64,000 bases of DNA, taken from Eledone cirrhosa. Its lineage: Eukaryota. The stretch spans positions 159,092,001 through 159,156,000 of the forward strand of contig OZ024740.1 of the NCBI GenBank assembly GCA_964016885.1, read 5' to 3'. The position numbers and the translations under genes were made by a program. The notes beneath the pieces were generated by a model. That model saw only the letters and a list, made by a program, of their open reading frames with translations, had not been told where the DNA came from and did not search any database. This document shows positions 13,666-29,280 of the stretch, piece by piece. Position 1 is the first letter of the stretch. Every line of letters begins with the position of its first letter.

Positions 13666-14340
13666 CATATATATATATGTATATAAGGTTGTGCGTAGGT
13701 ATGCGTGCGCGCGTATGTGTGTATATATGTGTATGTTTGCGTGGGTGTGTGTACTAATTTGGACATATGTGCGTATAAGTTTCTATGTGTATGTGCGTGT
13801 GTACATGTGTATGTGTATGTATGTGTGCGTATACATATATGTGTATACGTGTGTATACGTGTGTCTGCATGCGTGTGTATGTGTGTGTGTGTACATAGAC
13901 ACACACACATATAGATAGAAAAAAAAATATATATGGTGTGAGTATCTGTCAGTGGGTGTGTGTGTGTGGGCGCGTACGTACGCCCACATAGGACAGGGTT
14001 TGTCTATGTGTTTGTATACGGGTGTATATAAACGTGTGTGTATGCAGACGTGTCTGTCTGCGCGTGTGTGCGCGTTTGCATGCATGTGGAACCGGATGTA
14101 TGGCGCGGTTCAGGCAGGCACTAATAGGCTTGTGGCGGTCGGTATCTAGAAGTGGGTGTGCCTGGGTTTGTGGGAGAGAGGGAGAGTGTGTGCGTGTGTA
14201 TATGTGCATGGGGGTATGTGTGTCTACGCCTGTATGCATACATTTGTGTATGCACGCTTGTGTCTGTGCCTGCCCGTGAGTGTGTATATGTGTGGGTGTT
14301 TATGTGTGGGTACATACTCTGGAGTGTGAACAGACGTGTG
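13220..14340. repeat. TG/TA-rich low-complexity tract (likely PLE 3'UTR)
   Basis: Degenerate (TGTA/TG)n that leads into the HHR-bearing pLTR at 14340-14767. Confidence 0.6.
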
Positions 14341-14541
14341 AGATACCGAACCCAGCATGACTCCATTGAGTGTGTCGGACGGAAAATGGCTGATGACCCT
14401 TGTAGCAGTAAATAGTGACCAGAACTTAAGATGACGTGGATAGGGAACAGCCAATGGCATGACAGGAGTGGAAGATGTTTTTTGAAGGTGTTCTTTTGAC
14501 GATAACACCCCAGTGAGAAAAATTGCTCCGAACGAACTACC

Positions 14542-14632
14542 CGTGTCCGAAGGAACCTGCAGCCGTAGAATCAGCCAGATGCATGCAGTGATCATGTCTC
14601 GAGCTACCTGCCGGCGAAACAATTGTAACACG
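14542..14632 (+). ncRNA. Decayed type I hammerhead ribozyme in a PLE pLTR
   Basis: cgtgt CCGAAGGA acctgcag...ctgccggc GAAA caattg TA acacg, then AATAAA; the 5' core box is mutated. Confidence 0.65.
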
Positions 14633-14763
14633 CAATAAACTGGGTTCAGATGCATCACTGATTTTTGGTTTTTTTATACTATCCACACTCTACTCTGTAT
14701 GAATATTGAGTGCTAATTTTGGCATACCGCTTATGGAAGCACCATAGTTACCATTATACACAA

Positions 14764-14807
<44 letters not shown>

Positions 14808-14884
14808 CGAAGGAAATGTGGTAAGGAACCAGGTGGACCATAACGCACCAAAGTACTCAATACTTGAGGTAGTAGAGTGGGTAA

Positions 14885-14998
14885 TAGGAACCAGTAAGAC
14901 CCCGACAACTGAGCTCAAGCCGTTTCGACGGCTAATTCTGCTAGTCCAGAATTAGCCGTCGAAACGGCTTGAGCTCAGCTGTCGGGGTCTTACTGGTT

Positions 14999-15002
<4 letters not shown>
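14885..15002. repeat. 118-bp palindrome made of two HHR 3' halves
   Basis: 56-bp arms (1 mismatch) around ctagtc; right arm reads ..gccgtc GAAA cggct..agctg TC gggg. Confidence 0.9.
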
Positions 15003-15044
<42 letters not shown>

Positions 15045-15070
15045 TCAAAATTATGTTTAAATCATTTTAT

Positions 15071-15117
15071 TGCTGACAGTCGTTTCTTCCAAACTTTCGT
15101 TTGGAATCTTCGGAGCA
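15071..15117 (-). ncRNA. Type I hammerhead ribozyme with U4->C core change
   Basis: Minus strand: UGCU CCGAAGA UUCCAAAC GAAA GUUUGGAA GAAA CGACUG UC AGCA, then AAUAAA; an inverted 3' half lies at ~15855-15905. Confidence 0.75.
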
Positions 15118-15529
15118 TTAGCAATGTTTGTACATATAATTAACCTCCTATTCAACTGAACAATTATATAGATACATATATATTGATGTTGTGAATAACA
15201 GTTTCGTATTTACAGGGTGGAATGGATGCGACATATATTATACGAGAATTGTATAAGAATTCCAATTAAAATTAAAAGCACAGAGTGGAATGCATGCAAC
15301 AGATAATACAAGGGAATAGTCTAATAATTAAAGAGGCATTGAGGAAGAATGAGGACACTAGCAGCACATATGCAAGCGTCTAGAGAGTGCACATCCGTTA
15401 GTCATATATATGAAGGAAACAAGCAAAGTTATTAGGCATAAATAAATACTGTATGGCAAATAAATAGTGTATGGCAAATAATAATATAAACAGAAATACA
15501 AATATCTAAAAAAAACATTACAACAAACA

Positions 15530-15750
15530 AAAATAGAAGAAGGACTAATATATTCTTCAATCCCCCTTTCAATCTAAACGTCTCTACCAACTTGCCTAAG
15601 TCTTTCTTCTCAATCCTAGAAAAATACTTCCCAACCGGCCACAAATACCATAATCTTATCAATAAAAATACCATTAAAATCTCTTACTCTACCACACCTA
15701 ACATCGCATACCATATAGCTAGTAGTAATAAAAGGAAGATTAATAATTAT
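15530..15750 (+). pseudogene. Naiad-type PLE RT thumb/linker fragment
   Basis: IFFNPPFNLNVSTNLPKSFFSILEKYFP..HKYHNLINKNTIKISYSTTPNI matches the same segment in the other PLE copies here. Confidence 0.85.
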
Positions 15751-16048
15751 TTCCAACTAATTAAAATACAACAGGGGGTAAACTTACAGAACAACGTAGT
15801 ACCTGTAAATCCTAGTAGCAATAATAATAATAATAATTTGTACAATTCTCGTATGGAAGAAACGATTGTCAGCAATAAAATGATTTGAACATAACTTTGA
15901 TAATTGTGTAATTTTATATTCCTACTCTGTAAAACACCTGATGTTCTTGCATTGAGGTATTTCTCTTACTGGTAGTAATGTAGCAATAAATTACTGACCT
16001 TTCTTGTTTATAGTTGCTTATAGTATATACATAACTATAAATAGAATC

Positions 16049-16106
<58 letters not shown>

Positions 16107-16150
16107 ACATAAGAAACGGAGAATCAGTGTTGCGACGAAAAAGAATTATT

Positions 16151-16247
16151 AGACATATTACAATCGTTTCTCTGGCAACAAGCTCGGGGCACGATCGATG
16201 TAATGATCGAACCTGACTCTGAAATCGCAAGGTCCTCAGATACGTCT
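16151..16247 (-). ncRNA. Type I hammerhead ribozyme with long stem II (left arm)
   Basis: Minus strand: AGACGUAU CUGAGGA CCUUGCGA...UUGCCAGA GAAA CGAUUG UA AUAUGUCU. Confidence 0.75.
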
Positions 16248-16270
16248 CGAAATTTTGCTTCGTAGAATCG

Positions 16271-16367
16271 AGACGTATCTGAGGATCTTGCGATTTTAGA
16301 GTCAGGTTCGATCATTACATCGATCGTGCCTCGAGCTGGTCGCCAGAGAAAAGATTGCAATATGTCT
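16271..16367 (+). ncRNA. Type I hammerhead ribozyme with long stem II (right arm, stem III mutated)
   Basis: agacgtat CTGAGGA tcttgcga...tcgccaga GAAA agattg CA atatgtct, then AATAAA. Confidence 0.65.
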
Positions 16368-16859
16368 AATAAATTTGTTTCGTCGCAATACTGATTCTCC
16401 GTTTCTTATGTGATATCATACTCTGCTCTGTAAGAGCATCGAGTGCTCTAACGGCCTACCGCTTACGGACGCTTTAAGAATCCCACACCAATTATATATA
16501 TATATACATATATATATGGCAGACTTGACAGGCTAGATTTAATTAACAGCACCACTAACACAGCATGATACAGAATAGAGTTGAAAACAAAATCTCTATA
16601 TATATATTTCAAATCTTTTAAATGGACCGCCAGTTATCGCAAGTAGAGAAATTCTCCCCGTTGAACATGATTTCAACATTAACACTGAATAAGAAATAGA
16701 AGCGGTTGACGACTTTTAATATGCGGACGATATCGGCCTGTTGGAGAATGAATTTGAAAGTAGTCAATAACAATTTGACACACAGGCCTCTACAGCTAAA
16801 GATATATGTCTGTTAATTAACAGATAAAACAATCTGGCATACTGCCACACAACCTTGAA

Positions 16860-17403
16860 TTGGACAAGGGCACAGGCACCATGCTTCTCAGAAACTTGGA
16901 ACAGCCAAACTTTTGCAATGACATTCATATGGTTGTGACTGAACTACAGCCTCCCATTATCGAAGCCAAACTCCTCATTGATTGTGCTATGGGAGACATC
17001 ATATATATGCCTAGAATACCAACAATACCAAAATATGCCCCCTTTAATTTTAAATGGTTGCAATTCCCAGTGAGAGTCAGTTACACAATGAAAATGAACA
17101 AATCCCAAGGGCAAACCCTGCAGGTTGTCGGTATCCTTCTAGAAGTGGGATGTTTCTCACATGGTCACTTTTATGTAGGTGATTCTAGACAAGAAAGACC
17201 CGATAAACTCTTCATATATTCTCCCCCCCCCCCCCCCCCCCAAAAAAAAAAAACCAGTTTAAAATATTGTATATACAGAATAAATGTTTTATAATTTTCG
17301 TAGAATTCATAGTTCTATTATTTTCATTCTTTATTATATATCGCCTTCTGTGTATAGCTTTGAGCATAGTACTGACCCGCACCGAAGGCCGTGAGCTCGC
17401 TAG
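16860..17403 (+). mobile_element. Helitron 3' part: PIF1-like helicase C-terminus and CTAG terminus
   Basis: MLLRNL..CN, PRIP, QFPVRVSYTMKMNKSQGQTL, FSHGHFYV..SR; GC-rich subterminal segment then CTAG|T at 17400-17403. Confidence 0.88.
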
Positions 17404-17989
17404 TGTGTATATGTATGGTATATAAAAATAACATTAAAAACAGATGCAGATATTACATAAGCTGTTTTGTTTATTTGCAAAAGATTTATGTAATATCAGC
17501 ATCTTTTTTATTGTTATTCTCATACCAAATCTCCACCGTAACTACACACTACGAATGTATAGAGCTTTCACCTGCTTGCTCCTGTTTTTTGCCAAAACAT
17601 CTCTTTTACTGAACACAATATATACAACTACCACCACTGCTGCTGCTACTATCATGACTACACACCTCTCTCTATATACACAAGAGTTCATTTTCCAGTC
17701 TCCTTCTCAACAAGGAACATGAAAAAACTTACCTCAACAATTAAATTTAAATCCTTGATTTTTAGTTTTTAATTCTTATTAATTCTTTTCAGTTGTAATA
17801 CTCAACATTTGATAAGATGAATTTTACTAATACACCGAAACCGGTAATACTTTATATACTTTATATACATTATAAAACTCTTTTTAAAAAGAATTGTCCC
17901 TCTCATTTTTTCAATAATGTCACTTTGACGAATCAAAGAAAGACCCTTAAATATATATTCCCTGTTATTTCCAATTTCACCTTCTCCCC

Positions 17990-18930
17990 CCCCCCCCTAC
18001 CTCTGTTCATCAATACAACACCTAGAGGTGAATTAGCTTACAAAGAAGGGACCTAGGTAAACATAAACTTAATATTAAGATAGTAGAAAGACCAGGTACC
18101 TCCATAAAAACATATATTAGCAATACATACCCTTTTCAAAGACCTCCCTGTATAGATAAGAAATGCATAATCTGTAAACTAAGCCCCCATATTAACTGTA
18201 AAACTAGAAATGTATTATATAACATAAGATGTACTGAAGGACAATGTAAAGATAAGAATATAGGTGAGACAGCTCGTAGTATAGGAGAACGGTTAAATGA
18301 ACACTGGCGAGAACTTCAAGATAAAAAAGAATCATCAATACTCCACCAACATGCTAAAATAGAACATGAGGGCAAATTAGAGAACATAGAAATAAAAATA
18401 GAATCTACACACAGAAAAGACGCAATGTTTAGACAAATCACAGAGGCAATAAACATAAATGAACTCCAACCAAAATTAAATAGAAACCATGAATGGAATA
18501 GCAACATCACAACTTACAATTAAGGACAAAATGAAAACACATACAACAAACATAGAACAAACAACCAACCAGTAACATGTAAATAAACAAATAAATAAAC
18601 AAATATAAACACACAGACACCCGGATGTAACACATGCGCAAACTAAGCACACAACACACACAAAAACAAGATTGGGTAGGACAGAACAAAGGAGAGGCAC
18701 AAAAACAAAGAAAAGAATCCCCAGTCAATGAAGAGGTCACCTAATGTGTTACGAAAGAACTTTGACAATATACGAACAACCATCTGGTTGTGGAATCAAC
18801 CAACCAACCGAAAATTTATAAATTCTTAAATTTATAAATTTAATTTAATTTATAATAAATTGAAGTGAAAGCTACTGGTGCGTGTGTTTCTTATTGGCAA
18901 CATGACCCTCCGAAAGCATAACAATATCGG
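17990..18930 (+). mobile_element. PLE 3' fragment (non-Naiad GIY-YIG, Neptune/Nematis-like) with pLTR; decayed HHR at 18724-18766
   Basis: C..KKCIIC..NCKTRNVLY.I.C, IGETARS.GERL.EH, H..IEH, RQITEAI.I..LQPKLN..EWN; inverted sister copy at 23745-24480. Confidence 0.85.
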
Positions 18931-18988
18931 TTTCAACACACGTTTTCAGATAAAGAATCTTGCTAAACAAATTCAGAAACGAAATATA

Positions 18989-19251
18989 TATATATATATG
19001 AATGTATATATAGTGTATTTTGCAATACACTGTATGCTTAATTAAAAGCATTTCGAAGACCTTATGCTATTGTTTTAGAGTAGTGACAGTCTCACTTACT
19101 TTAAATTTTCAGCAAACAGGGGGTTTGCTGAAAATTTAAAGTAAGTGAGACTGTCACTACTCTAAAACAATAGCATAAGTTCTTCGAAATGCTTTTAATT
19201 AAGCATACAGTGTATTGCAAAATACACTATATATACATTCATATATATATA
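18989..19251. repeat. 263-bp palindrome of a pLTR tail; related inverted pair at ~21715-22040
   Basis: Arms around agcaaac-agggg-gtttgct; homologous to 21715-21830 and 21900-22040. Confidence 0.9.
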
Positions 19252-19273
19252 GCTATTTCAGAGCGCCAATTCT

Positions 19274-19320
<47 letters not shown>

Positions 19321-19497
19321 ATATATATATATATAAATCAAGAAAGAAGAGTGACATGGTTTGCTATACAATAAAGGGTTTATTCACACTGCTGACAATT
19401 GTTTCTCTGAACTGGTAGGTCTAAAGATCGCTACCCGCCTGATTTTGCGTCAATCGATCACCTAAGTGGACTACTTATAACGATAATTTGTTATCCC

Positions 19498-19557
<60 letters not shown>

Positions 19558-19812
19558 TTAGCGCTGTATTGGAATCATTGCGTCATTAAGCTAACAGAAG
19601 TGTGGTGACATTTTGATTCCAGTGTCGAGCCCGATCGTTAGAGATCGAACCTTGAGCTGATCAATCGCGAAACACACGTCACATCTGAATAAACTTAATG
19701 AAAATTTTACACCTCGTCCATACCCATATATACATATTTACATTATATATATATATAAGTTATTCCGGGTTCAATATGGAGTAACCACACTAAGTAAGGT
19801 ACTCAATACATA

Positions 19813-19853
<41 letters not shown>

Positions 19854-19891
19854 ATATTAATAAATGGAAACTATATTTATAAAACCATATT

Positions 19892-19957
19892 TATTTTATT
19901 ATATATATTTCAAGGGCAAGCAAAGCAAATTATGGTGCGCTTTCATCAGATAAAATA
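19892..19957 (-). ncRNA. Type I hammerhead ribozyme (same family as 11262-11323)
   Basis: Minus strand: UAUUUUAU CUGAUGA AAGCGCA...UGCCCUU GAAA UAUAUA UA AUAAAAUA; perfect 8-bp stem I. Confidence 0.85.
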
Positions 19958-20022
19958 CAGATTCGTTTTATAAATAAATATTGGCATACCCGGAAAAAAG
20001 ACAATCTTAACGGTTGGAGCTT

Positions 20023-20081
<59 letters not shown>

Positions 20082-20326
20082 CGTTACAGTCCATATATAT
20101 ATATATATATATATATGGACTGTAACGTCAAGTTACTGTTGAGGACGGTGGTTTGGCAGTATCGGTAGATAGAAGTTATTGAGATGGAGGGTTTGTGGTT
20201 TTTCTCGAGAAAAACCACAAACTCTTCATCTCAATTCTACTTTTGAAAACCATAAGAACTGTGAAAACGGTAAAGGAAACAGATAAATATTCTTAAAAAA
20301 CTCCATTTGTATTTTCGATTCCTTTT

Positions 20327-20383
<57 letters not shown>

Positions 20384-20747
20384 CAACATTCTTGAAATCA
20401 TGAGTTCAAACAAATATTTCTGTATTTTAGAATGGTCATATTCCCAAAAGAATAAACAAGACAAAAACCTAAGCACTCTATTTTAATTCGGTGTTATTGT
20501 TAATTAAATAAAGTAAAGAATTTATTTATTAATCAATTACGATATTTGAATCTAATTATTTGCTCATGAAACTAAAGTTAGATCAAACAGTGTGCGAGTT
20601 TTATTGGTACCATGCTATTCCAAAATAAAATATACACAGAACCAAAGAGGACTATGTCAGTGTATGATATTATTACAATCTTCTCGATTTTCTGCAAATC
20701 AGCAGCTTTATCTCTCCGCGACATTATATTAATGGCAGCACAGCTAG

Positions 20748-20811
<64 letters not shown>

Positions 20812-21005
20812 CGTATGATTGGATAACGTCCATAGTCTCGGTTGGTCTCGCTTGTGGAACCAACCGGATTATTTGGAGACGGTTGCTTCCCATGGGACCC
20901 TCTGGACATGTGTGTAGAATGCCAGCCACTTTCTCGTTAATATCAAGAGCAGACTTCTGTTCATAAACCAAATGGAACACTTGTTACCAGAATTCTTCGG
21001 TCACA

Positions 21006-21042
<37 letters not shown>

Positions 21043-21653
21043 TGTGTATGTATGTGAATATATTGACACACACACACACATTGTGTGTATGTTTGTGTAT
21101 ATATATACACACACCCAAATGAATATATGTATTTTTCCACGCTACGTCTCCTAGTTTTGAACTAAAGTTACCGAAATTTTGGAATAGTTCCACATCCTAT
21201 CAATCACAGGGTCAAAAGCTATGTGACCTTTCCTGAAACTTATTCTTCTTAGCTTTAGATAGGAAAAACTAAGAATTGTTTATACCCAGAAGTGCTTTAA
21301 TAGACATTTGAAAAAATTGCCGATAAAAAAGAAAATTCATTTATAGCAATTATATAAATTAGTACAGTGTTTTGGGAAAAATATCGTGTTTTCTAAGCAA
21401 CTATAAAAGCGGACAAAATCAAAATAATAATTTATCTTGTATACCTGTTGCCTGATTTTTTTTCATGAACCTCAACATGAAGCATCTTCGGTGGGGTGTG
21501 AATATAACTATTCTAAGTGAAGCAGCATTCTCAAAACAACTCAAGGTTTTCAACATATTTTTAAAGCAATTTATTCAATGTAGGAAAAGTATTTTATATA
21601 TAAACAGTATTTTATATATAAATAAACTCTCACATGACCAAGTACAGCTGTTA

Positions 21654-21716
<63 letters not shown>

Positions 21717-21844
21717 AATGTATGTATAGTATATTTAGCAATATACCGTATGTTTAATTAAAAACATTTTGAAGACCTTGCACTATTATTTTAAAGTAGT
21801 GACTATGTCACTTATTTCTTTTTTCGGCAAAGGAAGGGATAGAA

Positions 21845-21885
21845 GCTGACAGATTCTCTTTCACACTGTTGGTGATCCTCAGAGC
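21845..21885 (-). ncRNA. Decayed hammerhead ribozyme
   Basis: Minus strand: GCU CUGAGGA UCAC caacagu GUGA ..UCUG UC AGC; the GAAA box is disrupted. Confidence 0.5.
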
Positions 21886-22042
21886 AACGTACTACCCGCC
21901 AAGAAGTGAGTCACATAGTCACTACTATAAAATAATAGAGCAACGTCTTCAAAATGTGTTTAATTAAACATACGGTATATTGCCAAATATACTATACATA
22001 CATTCATGTATATATCGCTATTTCAGAGCAGCAATCCTAATA

Positions 22043-22141
<99 letters not shown>

Positions 22142-22159
22142 TATATATATATATATAGG

Positions 22160-22321
<162 letters not shown>

Positions 22322-22756
22322 TATAAAATTAGTAAAATAGAAAATTTTCTTGTTTTACGTCTTTCATATAATTGTTCTGCATTCCGCTGCATAGAACCAC
22401 AAAGGTACTAAGACATAACATATATATTTGCTAGCATGGGTGTACATCTGTACACATATGTTGGTAATGTACTAATTCTCTATATTTATCTCCAAATTGT
22501 TTGTTGAGCAAAACTTGCCAAAATTTACTGCTGATCCATGGTAGTAGTAGGCTCTTGTCATAATACCACCCCGCTCCTAACTGATTAACCTCAGTGTCAC
22601 GTGACTGATTCTTTAGAATCTGCCACTGACCAGAGGCAGTGAATTTTTTCAGTGCTCTGGAATTTAGTCCTCGCTAGCTTTATTCCATCCACTGAATTAT
22701 TATTTTTATATGGGTTCCTAGTGTCCGCGCATCGCCTGGGAACTTAGCTGAGAATA

Positions 22757-22839
22757 GACTCCCTGATGACGTAAGGAATTCTCTATAGTTATATTACGTA
22801 ACTATATTTATCCCCTTACAGAATCTAATTAGTTGAAGT
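22757..22839 (+). ncRNA. Decayed hammerhead ribozyme
   Basis: gactcc CTGATGA cgtaagg...ccttaca GAAT ctaattag TT gaagt; palindromic stem III, several substitutions. Confidence 0.55.
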
Positions 22840-22895
22840 GAAAATTTTAGTAAGTAAGTTGATTTTTAATTTTTAAAATTTTCTTATTTTACGTC

Positions 22896-22958
<63 letters not shown>

Positions 22959-23653
22959 AGTTAATATAAATTAATATATGATAAACACCCATATGAACAT
23001 ATAAGCGTTAATTTATATTAACTTGTATTTCACGGCTCAGAAATGCTTCTTTCTTCGAGCTAATTAATTGTAAAAGACTGTTTGAGTTTATAACTCTAAA
23101 TATAATATTTAACGGCTCCTGTTGTTGAGCTAAATTTTAATCCCATATAGAAGGCTGTTATTTCTAGCAGCATGAGTATGGGGCTAGCTAGGAGCTGGGA
23201 AACCACGTGCGTTAGCATTTGATTACCAGTCCTTCAAAAATATTTCGAGGTGAAACATGCTAATTTCTGGATACCTGTTGATGACCACAGCAATTGGAAT
23301 TTTTCACTTTTTTAAATTATCGTTGCGAAACTTATTTGGGTTTTGAAATTTAAATTTGTCTGCGGAACAGGTTTGGATTTTGAAATTTAAATTTGTCCAG
23401 GTATCACGGCTATTGCCAATATGGGTTTGTTTTTATTGATTTATTATTTTAAATCGAGACAGACAAACTGTATTAATCTAATTAGTATTTTTCAATCTAG
23501 CTAACTTGGTCGTTTACAATGCAAACGCTTATATGTTCATATTGGTGTTTATCATATATTAATTTATATTAACTTGTATTTCACGGCTCAGAAATGCTTC
23601 TTTCTTTGAGCTAATTAATTGTAAAAGACTGTTTGAGTTTATAACACTGAATA

Positions 23654-23688
<35 letters not shown>

Positions 23689-23706
23689 CATACATACATA
23701 CATACA

Positions 23707-23742
<36 letters not shown>

Positions 23743-23744
23743 TT

Positions 23745-24480
23745 GTTATACTTTTGGAGGGTCATGTTGCCAATAAGAAACACACGCACCAGTTGCTATC
23801 ACTTCAATTTATTATAATAAATTTATAAATTTAGGAATTTATAGATTTCCGGTTGGTTGGTTGGTTCCACAACCAGATGGTTGTTTCTTTATTGTCAAAG
23901 TTCTTTCGTCACACATTCTGTGACCTCTTCAGTGACTGGGATTCTTTTCTTTGTTTTTGTGCCTCTCATTTGTTCTGTCCTACGCCATTTTGTTTCTGTG
24001 TGTGTGTTGTGTGCTCAGTCTGTGCATGCGCCACATCCGGGTGTCTGTGTGTGTTTATATTCGTTTATTTATTTGTTTATTTACATGTTACAGGTTCGTT
24101 GTTTGTTCGATGTGCGTGTGTTTTCATTTTGTCCTTTATTGTAAGTTGTGATGTTGCTGTTCCATTCATGTTTTCTATTTAATTTTGGTTGTAATTCTTT
24201 TATGTTTATTACCTCTGTGATTTGTCTAAACATTGCGTCTTTTCTGTGTGTAGATTCTATTTTTATTTCTATGTTCTCTAATTTACCCTTATGTTCTATT
24301 TTAGCATGTTGGTAGAGTACAGATGATTCTTTACTATCTTGAAGGTCTCGCCAGTGTTCATTTATCCGTTCCCCTACACTACGAGCTGTCTCACCTATGT
24401 ACACTATATTTTTGTCTCTACATTGTCCTTCAGTACATCTTATGCTATATACTACATTTCTAGTTTTACAGTTAATATAC
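23745..24480 (-). mobile_element. PLE 3' fragment (GIY-YIG + pLTR), sister copy of 17990-18930
   Basis: ORF 24081-24404 MYIGETARSVGERINEH...RQITEVI.IKELQPKLNRKHEWN. Confidence 0.88.
23894..23936 (-). ncRNA. Minimal type I hammerhead ribozyme
   Basis: Minus strand: GUCA CUGAAGA GGUCACA gaaug UGUGAC GAAA GAAC UU UGAC, then AAUAAA. Confidence 0.8.
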
Positions 24481-25019
24481 GGACAATTTCGATTTAGATT
24501 GAATTCATTTAATTTATCTTAATTTGGGATATAGATATATAAATACGGCTCCTTAATTGTAGAGCTAACTCTGTTGAAAGGAATTGACTGCTATTTCTAG
24601 TTGTCGAATACCTATTCACGCCACTGAGACGACGCCGCTATGATGTGTAAAAACAACACGTGGTAACGGTCAATTGAGGATTTTGACTCGAAGTGTAAAC
24701 ATGGATTGCTGGAATATTGTTCTTCCTTGTTGATAATCCAATAATATCCACTTTCTGTGACTTACCATCTGATTAATTGGTGAAATATATTTCTTTCATG
24801 AAATATATTCAGGGAAGATTAATCATTAAAAGGTATCTATTTTTGAAGTTCTAGTTAACTTTATATATTTGTTACCTACTAGCCATGCGTGGTTACACGC
24901 TTGTAAAAATTATCTCCTGTGATTATTCATGTTTATATTTATTTATATATATGTTGATCAATTTCTAGTTATTATAAAATGCTCGGACCTACAAAGTCTT
25001 TGAGCTTATTTTCCGGGCG

Positions 25020-27875
<2,856 letters not shown>

Positions 27876-28601
27876 GTGGTTTTATTTATTTATTTATTTT
27901 CAAATTACACAAATTATATTAATTATTTTATTATATTATTTATTTATTTTCTGTTTTCTTCATTTATTGCCTTATATTTCTTCATACACATGGAAGAACC
28001 CCCACCCCCACCACCACCACTACGATGGTGGCGGGTGGGATGAAGAAAAAACAACTGGATACTGCTAAATTGTTAGCAGCAGCAAGATATAAGCTGACCA
28101 CTACACCAACAACAGTACCAAAATAATGGTGGAGGTCAAATGTACTGAACAATAGCAGGTAAAAACACTACAGGGAGCCTCACCCCAGAAAGAATTCTAT
28201 AGACTTCTGACTGAGGAATGCTTTCAGAACTGACCAATGGGAAGTTTGACACTTTTTTGTTATTTTGTTCCTTTAACACCTTGTCCCTTCTACTATTTTA
28301 TCAATTTCTAAGCTAACTCCAACAATAACAACACTTAGAATGAGGAATGTTCTAATAACTGACCAATGAGAGGAGAAGGGGACCTTTGACACTGAAATTC
28401 GTTTGTTTGAATTCATATGACTCCAGTTCCTCAGTGAATTAACAACCCAACTAGGAACTGGGCATATCAGAGTATTGACAATATTATACACCTAAACAAC
28501 ATATGCACTCGGCGAAGTGCGCAGGTTGGTTTGGTTACTCCGGAGTAGTGTAAAATAAAGTTAAATAAAAGTCAAATGATTAAAATTTAGCTTCGTTTAT
28601 T

Positions 28602-28656
28602 ACTGCTATATATATTTCAGTGACAGCCATCTTTGGCTGTGACCTCTTCAGGCAGT
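28602..28656 (-). ncRNA. Minimal type I hammerhead ribozyme
   Basis: Reverse complement of 28715-28769. Confidence 0.9.
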
Positions 28657-28714
28657 TTGAATTAGTATGGTATAGACAACAACATATGTACTTGTCTATA
28701 CCATACTAATTCAA

Positions 28715-28769
28715 ACTGCCTGAAGAGGTCACAGCCAAAGATGGCTGTCACTGAAATATATATAGCAGT
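28715..28769 (+). ncRNA. Minimal type I hammerhead ribozyme
   Basis: actgc CTGAAGA ggtcacagcca aaga tggctgtcact GAAA tatata TA gcagt, then AATAAA. Confidence 0.92.
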
Positions 28770-28911
28770 AATAAACGAAGCTAAATTTTAATCATTTGAC
28801 TTTTATTTAACTTTATTTTACACTACTCCGGAGTAACCAAACCAACCTGCGCACTTCGTCGAGTGCTCCAGCCTGCATACTGAAGTGTTGGTATACAACC
28901 AACATAAACTC

Positions 28912-29150
<239 letters not shown>

Positions 29151-29248
29151 TCTACCTGGAGTTGCGACCGATAGATAGTAATAGCAATTGGAAAGACCAA
29201 CGTAAACATTGTTTCCTAGGTCCGATTTGACGAAAGTCGATTGATCCA

Positions 29249-29280
<32 letters not shown>

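Larger units (their letters stand above)
16106..16412. repeat. 307-bp imperfect palindrome of a PLE pLTR end
   Basis: Arms are reverse-complementary with scattered mismatches around a short spacer at ~16259. Confidence 0.92.
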
